This document shows, piece by piece, positions 52,979 through 64,000 of a stretch of DNA of 64,000 nt (the first letter of the stretch is position 1; each line of letters opens with the position of its first letter). The notes beneath the pieces were generated by a model, which did not search any database, was not told where the DNA came from, and worked only from the letters and a program-made list of their open reading frames with translations. The DNA comes from Octopus sinensis. Taxonomy: Eukaryota. The position numbers were made by a program, and so were the translations under genes. The stretch spans positions 3,844,001 to 3,908,000 of the forward strand of contig NC_043011.1 of NCBI RefSeq assembly GCF_006345805.1. Direction: 5' to 3'.

Positions 52979-53347
52979 ATTTCAGTTATTTTTAAAATAA
53001 TTAAGAATTGAAAGGAATTTAGTAAAATAACTAACCTTTTCAACATTTGTTGTTTAGAACAAAACATAAGAAAAGAATGCTGACTAAAACTGTGATGCAG
53101 TGTTTTAATTTGAGTATATGAGTTTTTGTTTTGTATTATGTAACCACAAGTGAACTGTTACAGATTGATATTGAGAAGTTAATGGTATTAAATTAATTGC
53201 ACACTTAAAACAGACTCACATAACAGATGAATGCACATAAGCATGGAGACACCTATGTGTATATATATGATGTGTGTGTGTGTGCATGATGTACTTGCAT
53301 GTACTTGTGTGTGTGTCAGTGTGTTTATGTGTGTATATATGTATATT

Positions 53348-53660
53348 AATACGGTGGCACGTAGCACCATCCGTTCGTGGCTGTTGCCAGCCACGCCTGG
53401 TCCCCATGCTGGTGGCACGTAAAAAGCACCATCCGTCCGTGGCCGTTTGCCAGCACCATCTGGCACCTGTGCGGGTGGCACATAAAAAGCACCCACTACA
53501 CTCACGGAGTGGTTGGCGTTAGGAAGGGCATCCAGCCGTAGAAACACTACCAGATCAGACTGGGCCTGATGCAGCCTTCTGGCTTCACAGACCCCAGTTG
53601 AACCGTCCAACCCATGCTAGCATGGAAAGCGGACGCTAAATGATGATGATGATGATGATG
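53348..53660 (+). mobile_element. (GAT)n-tailed repeat family D, long copy
   Basis: GGTGGCACGTAAAAAGCAC repeats, GGTTGGCGTTAGGAAGGGCATCCAGCCGTAGAAA, (GAT)n tail. Confidence 0.8.
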
Positions 53661-54017
53661 ATACGTGTATGTGTGTGTGTGTGTGAAATCATAACAAACA
53701 TATACACAACTACATAATCTAACAGGAGGCAGTGATTCTCTGTTGCTGTGCACTGCTGATGACAAAAGTTCCCCCAAAAATAGTAGGACACAGTGAGACT
53801 TGTCCATTCCATTCTAGCTGAGAAAACCAAACAGTAAAGCAATGCCGTTGAAGATAATGATGGTAATAAACAGACACACACAGACACATATTATTTTAAA
53901 ATGATTCTATGAATCACACCATTAAAATATTCATGATATTGAATATTTGAAAACAGACAAAATAATTGACATAATTCTTAAATAAAGTAAAGTATTACTG
54001 TAATTGACAGAATACAA

Positions 54018-54520
54018 GTGAATGGTAGAATTGATGGCCAGAAGTGTCTCTTTGTGATTGATTCAGCCTCGGAGCAGACTTTTGGGAAACCTGAAATGCT
54101 ACAACATCAAGACCTACATGAGTCATCACAGCAGGTGTGTGCTATTACCGGGCACTCTACTGAAGTAAAGGAATTGGCTGATGTCCTGATTGAGGTTGCA
54201 GGACAAAAGGTCGTGCTTCCAGTCTATGTGGTGGTGGTGATGGAGGATCCTTATCTCTTAGGTCTGAAGCTTTTGGTGAGAAGAAGATCAATCTCTGTCG
54301 AGGTGGTAAAGTGGACCATTGCTAGAGGTGAAGTGAGAATGTTATAGTCGACAATGATCTCACTGAGATCAGAACTACTACTCCAGTGTGGTGTGAAGCA
54401 CCATATTAACACAGGGGGTCATCACCCAATCAAGCAACCAGCTCAAAGGTTAGCACCAGGGCAGCATAAAGAAACGGAATGTTCTAAAAGAGAAGTTAAT
54501 ACAGAAAGATATCTGTGAGA
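54018..54520 (+). mobile_element. Gypsy-type LTR retrotransposon pol fragment (protease to RT start), decayed
   Basis: VNGRIDGQKCLFVIDSASE (DSG-like protease site), DPYLLGL, HHINTGGHHPIKQPAQRL. Confidence 0.65.
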
Positions 54521-54803
54521 TAAAAGAAAGGTTGAGTCAGAATTACAAAATGTTCCTGAAAACTTTTTAGAGGAGACTAAATCTTTCCTTGGAGTCAAAA
54601 AAAATAATGCATATACAGTATTTACAGGAATGTCATAGGAAGAACATGATCCAGAAAAAAAATTTTTCAATGAAAGAAAATGAGAAACTAAAAGAGCAGG
54701 TGTTCTCACTGAACAGTGACAACAGCTGACAGTCAGAAAGTAAATTTCAGCTGATCCAAGAAATTATTGAACTAAAGGCGAATATCTTACAAAAAAAAAA
54801 GAA

Positions 54804-54865
<62 letters not shown>

Positions 54866-56287
54866 TAATGGGATGACATACAACGCATGTATAAAAGTCT
54901 TGCTGTATAAAAGAAAAAAAGTCTTCCAGCTCAGAAGATTTAGAATTGAAACTGCAGAGTCTAAGATGGAAATTATGTCATTATGGTGGAAGTAAAGAAG
55001 CTTCAGTTCACAGAATATAATTATCAGAAGTTATAAATCTTGTATACATTTGTCAGGTTGGCAAATATTTAAGGAGTGGGTAGTGTTACAAATGAAAATT
55101 TATATTCCGATAATTTCTCGTTCATACAATGCAAATTTGAACACCACCCTCTAGTTCTGGAAATGATGTTGAAAACGTAATTTGTTGTAGTCATGTGACT
55201 GTTTAAAGCTTAGTCAGTATGAATTGGTATGCTTTTTGCTGTGTGAGTGAACTATGAATGCTACTAGTGAACATGTGGCAAGTGAGTTTTGTGCTAGAAG
55301 TTGATATGGCAGTTGGTGCCATGCGGTCAATGTGAGGCAGCCAGTGTGAGAGATGGTGCTGGGCAATTTCATGTGGAATAGTCAACACAGTATTTGGTGT
55401 TGAGGAAGTGTGGCATCAGTAAATAAGTCAGTTTGATACAACAGTGAATGTGAGATGGTTAATGGGAACAGTGGCGTCTTTGTAGGGTGAAAGGTTTTGA
55501 AATAGCTGCAAAAATAATCAGTGTGAACTTAGCAACATAAAGAATGCAGAATGGTTGTTACTGGACTAATGTGAATTTGGAACTAACAACAGAGTTCAGT
55601 TGAAAAAAAAAAAAAATAAGAGATAGAAAATAAATCATTAGACAGGTGAATAAAAAGAACAGCAAACCAAAAGAAGTCAACACATTTCAAAGATAAAGAA
55701 AAGAACTCTCTAAAAACTCTCCAAAGAACTTTCCATTTATTCCATAAATGTTTATTTGCCCCTTAATTAAAGCTCTTGTACTTTGCTTATACTCAACAGT
55801 TTTGTTTGTTATTTTCAACTCTTCTGACTTATATACACTTTTTAACCACTGAGCAATAATGGTACCTACCCATGTGTGTGTGTGTGAGTGTGTGTGCGTG
55901 AATTTCTGTATACATAATGTCACCAATCACGGACATTTGTTATGTTTTATATATATATATAGGAGTAGATGTAGGAGTGACTGTGTGGTAAGTAGCTTGC
56001 TTACCAACCACATGGTTCTGGGTTCAGTCCCACTGAATGGCACCTTAGGCAAGTGTCTTCTACTATAGCCTCAGGCCGAACAAAGCTTTGTGAGGTGATT
56101 TGGTAGATGGAAACTGAAAGAAGCCCGTCGTATATATATATATAGATTATGGAGATGTACTTGCATAGCAAGTGACCTGATCTGAGATCGTGTGCTGGAA
56201 CGAAAACAATTGCAGTGTGGAAGGTGTTTATAAGCCATTTAAGAAACACACAAAAACCGTTAGATTCACATCAACACTTAAATTTTA

Positions 56288-56337
56288 TTTGCCAAAATAT
56301 TTTCATTGCTTTGAGTTGTGACCTGATCACTGACAAA
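56288..56337 (-). ncRNA. Candidate G3:C8 hammerhead, left arm
   Basis: Minus strand TTTGTCA-GTGATCA-G-GTCAC(AACTCAAA)GCAAT-GAAA-ATAT-TT-TGGCAAA; N7 differs (U versus A); stem II decayed. Confidence 0.5.
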
Positions 56338-56356
56338 ATTCCATGCTGCACGGAAT

Positions 56357-56405
56357 TTTGTCAGTGAACAGGTTGCGGTCTCAAAGTGATGAAAATATTT
56401 TGACA
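56357..56405 (+). ncRNA. Candidate G3:C8 hammerhead, right arm
   Basis: TTTGTCA-GTGAACA-G-GTTGC(GGTCTCAAA)GTGAT-GAAA-ATAT-TT-TGACA. Confidence 0.55.
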
Positions 56406-56486
56406 TATTGAATTTAAATGTTGAAGTGAATCTAACAGTTTTTGTGTGTTTCTTAAATGGCTTATAAACACCTTCCATGCTACAAT

Positions 56487-56535
<49 letters not shown>

Positions 56536-57062
56536 CAAAACAAATAGTGAGGAATTATCAATCCAGGCAAACTACTTCATATAATCCCTGTTGGCACACC
56601 AGGCTAGCAATATTATTTAGATTAGTGAAAGGCTTCAGGTAATCTTGTTGCAGGGTCAAAGGTTATGGTTCATCACAATTCTATATTGCTATAACCAGAA
56701 ATAGCTCTGATGAAAGCAGCATAAATTTTCTGAGGTCGTTCAATTTTTCTCAATTGGTCAATAGACCAGTTGAGTAAACTTGTCAGTAATACACCTACAA
56801 TGACTACTGGAAACAGCTGTGAACCAAATTTGCTCCAATAAAGGAATTATATGTAATGACCATTATTTTTAATTTGTTTCTTATATACATTATGTGTGTG
56901 TGTGCATGCGTGTGTGTGTGTGTATGTGTTGTGTGTGTGTGTGTGTGTATATACTCCTTCTAGATCCCTTTAGTATTTAAATTGGCCCTATCTATCCCAG
57001 GTGTTCTACCTGTTTTATGTCCAAATCAACCAAGTTTGGCCTCTCACAGTTTTACAATGTCT

Positions 57063-57482
57063 ACTCTTTTACTCTCTTACTCTTTTACTTGTTTCAGTCA
57101 TGTGACTGTAGCCATGCTGGAGCACCACCTTTAGTTGAGCAAATCGACCCCAGAACGTATTCTTTATAAGCTTAGTACTTATTCTGTCGGTCTCCCATGC
57201 CGAACTGCTAAGTTACGGGGATGTAAACACACCAGCATCAGTTGTCAAGCAATGTTGGGGGGGACAAACACAGATACACGAACATACACACACACATACA
57301 TATATATATATATACATATATATGACAGGCTTCTTTCAGTTTCCGTCTACCAAATCCACTCACAAGGCTTTGGTCGGCCCAAGGCTATAGTAGAAGATAC
57401 TTGCCCAAGGTGCCACATAGTGGGACTGAACCCGGAACCATGTAGTTGGTAAGCTAGCTACTTACCACACAGCCACTCCTAC
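57063..57482 (-). mobile_element. SINE family A, full length
   Basis: Same family motifs as above. Confidence 0.85.
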
Positions 57483-57638
57483 ACCTGTCATTCAAAAACA
57501 TGAATAGTTACATCATAAAAATCTCACAGCTATGAGATAATGCATAATTAATTCAAGACAAGGTAAATTAGTAAGCATTAAATTTGTCAGAGTAATCTGA
57601 ATATTATAGGGACATACAATGTGTGTGTGTGTGTGTGT

Positions 57639-57853
57639 GGTGAGCTGGCAGAAACGTTAGCATGCCGGGCGAAATGCGTAGCCGTATTTCGTCTGCCGTT
57701 ACATTCTGAGTTCAAATTACACCGAGGTCGACTTTGCCTTTCATCCTTTCGGGGTCGATAAATTAAGTACCAGTTACGTACTGGGGTCGATGTAATCGAC
57801 TTAATTCGTTTGTTTGTCCCCTCTATGTTTAGCCCCTTGTGGGTAATAAAGAA
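57639..57853 (+). mobile_element. SINE family B, full length
   Basis: GGTGAGCTGGCAGAAACGTTAG (A box), GAGTTCAAATT (B box), CCCCTTGTGGGTAATAAAGAAA tail. Confidence 0.85.
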
Positions 57854-57934
57854 ACACATATATATATATCACCTTGACCGACCAGTCCGTCAGGCGTCCA
57901 TTTAACACCGCTGGTCACAGCACGCTGTCCACTC

Positions 57935-58100
57935 CTCTCTGAACAGGTTATCACGTCGCCTCAACGAACAACAACCGAGGGAACAAGCAGGCTTCCGGAA
58001 TAACTACAGCACAATGGACCATATATTTACTCTAACACAACTGCTTGAGCGAGCACATGAGTACAAGCTGCCTCTTTGCATTGCGTTTATAGATTATATA
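57935..58100 (+). mobile_element. RTE-type RT fragment
   Basis: NRLSRRLNEQQPREQAGFR / YSTMDHIFTLTQLLERAHEYKLPLCIAFIDY. Confidence 0.85.
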
Positions 58101-58779
58101 TATATATGCCACTAACCACAGGCATGTTTTTACTCTCCATACATGATCACAAACTTGGGTAAGTACCATTATTGTTCTGTGGTTAAAAAGTTCACTTTAG
58201 TTCCACAGCAAAAACACTTTTGGCAAGTGGACATTAAAATGCCGATGACAATGATTGCTGTTACAAATAAACACGGTTTGTGAAAAGTGGTTTCCTTCCA
58301 CAGACAGAGTTGTGTCAAGTTATTGTTGCAAACATTCTTCAATACATTCATCAGAGACAAGTTTTGTGAATTTAGGAACTCTGACTGTATCAGACATTTG
58401 AATTGCATTCATATTAACTCTACCACATTCCAAAGATGAATTGATTTTAACTTTTCTCATTTCGTTTTTGCTACTGCTGTTTTTGTTTGCTTCTCTTTTT
58501 TTAAACAGATATTCAACTGTTTTAGTGGAGATTTTTAACTGCTTGCATTCCGTTATACGAAAATATATTGTATAACTTTATTTGCTGTGTCTATCTGGCA
58601 TCTGTCAGGAAAAAACTTGTTTTCATTTGTAAGAATAAATTGACCATTCTGTTCTACACAAGAATTTTCATGTTTTGCTTCTTCTGATTCCTATTCACCT
58701 GTGACATATCTCTGACAAATTATATATTTGACCATGGAACAGAGGACAGAACCCAAAACCTAAATCACAGAACTACATT

Positions 58780-59060
58780 TGCCTTATATATATATATGTA
58801 TGTATGTATGCATGTGTGTGTGTATGTATGTATGTATGTATGTATGTATGTATGTATGTATGTATGTATGTATATGTATATGTATATATGTATATGTATG
58901 TATGTATATATATGTATATATGTATGTATATATATGTATATATATATGTATGTATATATATGTATATAAGTATGTATATATATGTATATATATGTATGTA
59001 TATATATATATGTATGTATGTATGTATATATATGTATGTATGTATGTATATGTATGTATG

Positions 59061-59091
<31 letters not shown>

Positions 59092-59099
59092 GTATATGT

Positions 59100-59137
<38 letters not shown>

Positions 59138-59302
59138 GTATATATTATATATATAATATGTATGTATATATGTATGTATATATATGTATATATATATATA
59201 ATATATATATATGTATGTATATATATATATGTATGTATATATATGTGTGTATATATATGTATGTACATATATGTATATATATATATATACATACACATGC
59301 AT

Positions 59303-59344
<42 letters not shown>

Positions 59345-59400
59345 TATATAAATACATACATACATATGTCTATGTGTATATAAATATATATAACACACAT
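58780..59400. repeat. (TA)n/(TATG)n low-complexity block
   Basis: Pure dinucleotide and tetranucleotide mosaic; similar blocks at 36.2-37.9 and 44.9-45.5 kb. Confidence 0.95.
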
Positions 59401-59691
59401 TATTTACATAAATGTAGACTAACTTTAAAATTCTTAAGTATGTCAATTATTTTTATGCATAAAAAATATTTTAACTGTGTTTAAAATTCACCAAATGTGA
59501 GCAAACTAGTGAACCAGTTGACACGGGGTGGTTTTTAATAGCTATAAACAAAAGATACTAGTATTCAAATCACCTCTTTGATCTAATATTCTATTCAGAG
59601 GTGTGTGTGATTTGGTTCCAATACTCTGAAATTTGGATTATTGACGTTCAAGTAACTAAGGTTTTACTGCATTTATATATATATATACATA

Positions 59692-60537
59692 CTAGCTGAC
59701 ATACCCATTAATTCCCAGGAAAGTGGGGCATCTCTCTTGGTTCCGTTTTCATAATTGTTTCACTAATACAGTAACAACATTACGGAGTATGTAGCCCTTA
59801 AAACGGTTTTTGTGAATTTAAAGAGAATACTGAACTGTCTTACACATGATCTTGTTTTTAGGAATTTCCAATAATTTATGAATATCCAAATTGTGAGGTC
59901 AGTTATGTAATATGAAATTAGTTACCCGATAGTAAGAATTCAAATAAAGTAGCCCCATAAAGGGCCTTAATGTGTTCCCAGAGTATATAGAACATAGGTG
60001 GAAATACTAATAAGGTATGTATACTAAAATCGTGAAGCATGTTACGTAATGATAGACTAATCAGATATGAGATAATAACAATTCAAAGTAAATAACTCTG
60101 AAAAAGGCTTTTGTGCATTCCCAGAGAATGTTATCCTCCAGGGCGTTAGTGTTGGCATATTCATGAATAAGTCACTAACCAAAATAAGTGGATCTATTGT
60201 TTAGGTAATACTATTTACTTGTTTAAGGGTTGTACGGGATAAATTGTGAAAATAACAGACTGTTATTTTAATAAGAAATAAGCATACTCAATTTGATTTA
60301 TACCAAATAATTTAGGAAAATGAATGGGTTATTTCCCTTGGCTATATATAAGGATCCCTTCCAGGGGCCCTATTATTGATTTTTTTTTTTAAACAATCCC
60401 TGTATGCTTTAAGGTTTCCAGACATGAGTTCTTCTCATGTGTCAAGTTTCATCATAATCCATAAAATGATGTAGGAGGAGTTAGCTAACAACTCCACAAA
60501 TATACCCACAGACAGAATTTCCCACATATGTGGTAGA
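59692..60537 (-). mobile_element. Non-autonomous Helitron-like element
   Basis: A|CTAG at the left and TAGA|T at the right; shares internal motifs with 24396-25082. Confidence 0.55.
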
Positions 60538-60654
60538 TATATATCATCATTATCATCATCACCGTTGTTGCCATCATCAATTTAACATGTGTTTCTATGC
60601 TTGCATAATGAGTCAGATGGAATTCATTGATGCAGATTTTTCTACAGCCATATA

Positions 60655-61946
60655 TGAGGGGCGTTCAATAAGTAATGCCCCTGACCCACTTCCCATAGCA
60701 GTAGAGCAACGAAACTTGGCACAGTTATTAGTCTTTTTTTTACATAGGAACCACCCAGAGTTACGCATTTCTCCCATCGTATGATACAGCTCTGGAGACC
60801 TTTTTTGTAGAAGACCCCAGTTTGGTCCTCCAACCACGATGTGACTTCAGAAATCAAGGCTGCATCATATGGGAAACGCTTTCCTTTCAAAAACAACTTC
60901 ATGGCTGGGAAGAGGTGAAAATCAGAGGGTGCAAGGTCAGGAGCGTAGAGGGGTGGGGGAGGAGTTCATAGCCGCACACCTGTGCTTCTGATCTGGCGAC
61001 AAGCGAGGTGTGGACCGGAGCGTTGTCCTGCAGGAGGAGGATGCCTTTGCTGATCTTGCCCCGCCTCTTGATTTTGATAGCTTCTCTTAATTTCTTCAAA
61101 AGTGAAGCATAATAGACTCCTGTAATTGTGGTACCCTTTGCCAGGAAATCTGTCATCACTACTCCGTCCTGGTCCCAGAAGACTGTGAGCATGACCTTGC
61201 CAGCGGAGGGCTGCACCCTTGCCTTCTTTGGAGGAGGTGAGTCACGGTGCTTCCACTGCATTGACTGGGCTTTGGTCTCTGGATCATAGTGATGGACCCA
61301 GGTTTCATCCTGTGTAATCAGTCTTCTGAAAAATTTTGACTCATCTTCATGGCACATCTCCAAATTCATCCTCGAGCACTCGACGCGTTCTTGCTTCTGG
61401 AAAGGTGTGAGCAGCCAGGGAATCCATCTGGCAGACACCTTTTGCATATGCAAATGGTCATGAATGATAGTTTCCACTGACCCGGTACTAATCTTGACCT
61501 CATGGGCTATTTGGCGAATAGTTATGCGTCGATCTTCCAAAATGGCAGCCTCAACTTGACGGACAGATGCCTCATCAATGGCAGAAGGGGGCGACCAGAT
61601 CTGGGAGCTGTTTCCACAGAGTTCTGACCATGTTTAAATTCACAATGCCAGCGTTTTACAAGGTCATATGATGGGGCATCATCACCATATGTTACTTTCA
61701 TTTCATCAAAAGTCTCCCGTGGTGTGCGTCCTTTCAAATACAAAAACCGGATCACTGCTCCACACTCAACAGGCTCCATTTCACACTTGACTCTGTTCAA
61801 ACACCTGTAAATCAGAAACCACAATTAGTTCAGAGCTGTAATTTGCCACTTAATCTATAGAGATATAAATAATTGCACATGCAAAATTTCAGCTAGATCA
61901 AACAAACGCAAGTGAGTCAGAAGCATTACTTATTGAACGTCCCTCG
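60655..61946 (-). mobile_element. Full-length mariner (DD34D) with two frameshifts
   Basis: TA|YGAGGGRCGTTCAATAAGTAATGC TIRs at both ends, 1292 bp; MEPVEC.., RSGRP, ITQDETWVHH, LQDNAPVH, APDLAPSDFHLF. Confidence 0.95.
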
Positions 61947-61985
61947 TACTATTCCTGTCATATATGTGTGTGTGCGTGAGTGCAT

Positions 61986-62042
<57 letters not shown>

Positions 62043-62369
62043 TACATATATATACAATGGGCTTGTTTCAATTACCAAATCCACTCCCAGAGCTTTGGTT
62101 ATTTCAGGGCTATAGTAGATGACACATGCTCAAGGTGACACACTGTGATTGGGAAGCAAAATTAACTAAACAGATATACCTGCACCTCAATGCACATACA
62201 TACATACACACACACAGATATATATATACATACACATCACTAAAGTGACCGAGGGCACTAGTTAGCACTAGTATTGCTAGAAATAAGAGTTGTGCAGAGT
62301 TCAACAGTTCAACTCAAGGAGATTACTGGTAAAAAGAGTTTGAATGAAAGGGAGATGATGATAATAATA

Positions 62370-62408
<39 letters not shown>

Positions 62409-62675
62409 TAACGGTGACCCCAATGAACTAAGGTATGCAATGCATGTGTGTATGTGAGAATGGTGTATGTGAGTGTGTATGTTATATTATATTCATAGTA
62501 TTTAATGTAATATTGTAATACAAATAAATCATTGGATAGTCAATAGTATATCTCTATATTTAATTTATCTTTATAATTGAATTATACCAATATTTGTATG
62601 GTATCCAACTGAAGTGAATTGGATGTTTAACACACCCCTTTGAAGGATTTCTTTTCCTCTGTTTGTTACTTTAGA

Positions 62676-62708
<33 letters not shown>

Positions 62709-62709
62709 G

Positions 62710-63320
62710 CATATCCTTGAGGCTATCTTAGAAACAAGGTGCATGAAACCATCAACTTGATTGATATGATCTCTGCAAATGCTTGTAATAAATCCTTGTT
62801 GATTGTGAGCCAGAGTGTGGTTGGTTCTAAACAAACTGGATGTTGTCTGGAAATCAACCCTGTCAGACAACCTTAAGAGGAATTTTTTCCTTGCAACAGT
62901 AGAATCAGTCCTTTTATATGAAGCAACAGCCTGGATACTTGCCAAAAAAACTGGAATCCAAGTGAGATGGAACTTACACTCAAACGTTAAGAGCAGTCTT
63001 AAACATATTTTTGAGAACTCACCCAACCAAGAAACAGCTGTATGGAGATTTCCTGCTTGTTTCCATCATTGTAAGGGAAAGGCACTTGTGCTTTGCCAGA
63101 GATCGCTGATGAGCTGAATAAGAATTGGCAAGTGACCTACTGCTATGGATGCCAATGCATGTCCGTACTTGCGCTGGTCATCCAAACATAATGTATGTAG
63201 ATCAACTCACCAGAGACACTGGACACTTCCTTGAAGATCTCCCTCAACTAATGCATTACTAAGAGGGATGGAGCGTGGAGGCTAAGACTGTCTGAGTTAG
63301 CTCGACCAGATGATGATGAT
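62710..63320 (+). mobile_element. RTE-type LINE 3' end with (GAT)n tail
   Basis: NLKRNFFLATVESVLLYEATAW; homologous to 5.2-5.6 kb. Confidence 0.82.
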
Positions 63321-63589
63321 AAGTATACATAAGTGGGAGGGGGCAGTAAAATCATCATCATCATCATCACTTTCCAATACTTACATGGTAGGTTTTCTAC
63401 AGCTGATTACCCATCCTGGTGCCAACCTTCACTTGTTTCTAAGATAATATTTTCCCATGACCAGATATGTTTCTGTGGAAGTTTTGAAATAAAGGTCACC
63501 ACTTGTATTCACCATTCACTTTTATATGATGTGAAGGCAAGGAAACAATAATACACACACACATAAGTATTAGTAATAATAATAATTAT

Positions 63590-63890
63590 TAATATAAATA
63601 ATAATAACAAATAGGCCAGACATTATATTGAAGGATTTCAGACAAAAATCATACCTCCTCAACACTATGACTGTCCCAATCAACCTGTCAAGACCTGAAA
63701 TAGAAATTGACAAAATGTGGAACCTCAAGACTAAAACAATACCTGTTGTCATAGGTGCCCTGGGAATGATAGCAAAAGGGGCTGATTGCTACCTAACTCA
63801 TATACCAGGAAACCCCAAAATGGTAGAAATTCGAAAGATAGTGCTCATGGGAACTGCTCATATCCTTTGAAAAATATTGTCTGTGTGATC
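63590..63890 (+). mobile_element. R4/Dong-type REL endonuclease C-terminus
   Basis: MTVP..EIEIDKMWNLKTKTIPVVIGALGMI..IRKIVLMGTAHIL. Confidence 0.82.
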
Positions 63891-64000
63891 CTAAAAATAT
63901 TTTCATCTGTAAACATTGTCAAAAGTACTTTTAAATATACATAATAGCAAAAATCTTTTACTGTCACCTTAATGTCACACTATCATCTTATAATCAAATT

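Larger units (their letters stand above)
56151..56489. mobile_element. Foldback non-autonomous element (arms 56206-56342 / 56352-56489) carrying two hammerhead-like motifs
   Basis: Arms are reverse complements at roughly 85 percent identity by eye; axis CCATGC-T-GCACGG. Confidence 0.85.

Noticed and set aside
55200-55520. Possible decayed retroelement ORF on the minus strand
   Set aside because: The composition looks coding-like but I could not identify any diagnostic motif
56206-56489. Integrated viroid or ambisense circular replicon
   Set aside because: The arms are simple inverted duplicates rather than distinct plus and minus ribozymes; a retroelement-derived foldback is more parsimonious

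Overview
AT-rich eukaryotic (animal) genomic DNA packed with microsatellites and transposon debris. The combination of tRNA-derived SINE families, (CAT)n-tailed repeats, Tc1/mariner, RTE/CR1/R4 LINEs and Penelope-like elements looks like an octopus/coleoid cephalopod genome; this is recognition from repeat content, not a database match. I found no host protein-coding exon I can support, so the window is probably intergenic or deep intronic. Most ORFs in the track are translated microsatellites or broken transposon ORFs. Supported elements: Penelope-like elements (GIY-YIG fragment with promoter-bearing 3' repeat at 9.9-11.5 kb; RT+GIY-YIG at 42.3-44.6 kb; decayed RT at 51.7-52.4 kb), four mariners, one Tc1, Merlin, a hAT fossil, piggyBac-type MITEs, Helitron-like non-autonomous elements, a Gypsy pol fragment and many SINEs. 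The most interesting signal is a set of minimal type I hammerhead-ribozyme folds with palindromic stem III. They include canonical C3:G8 cores (19.5 kb, 42.3 kb) and cores where the 3:8 pair is swapped to G3:C8 (45.6 kb and twice at 56.3 kb) or U3:A8 (twice at 9.1 kb). Several sit back-to-back on opposite strands around the axis of a long foldback. Activity is untested and novelty needs a literature and database check.
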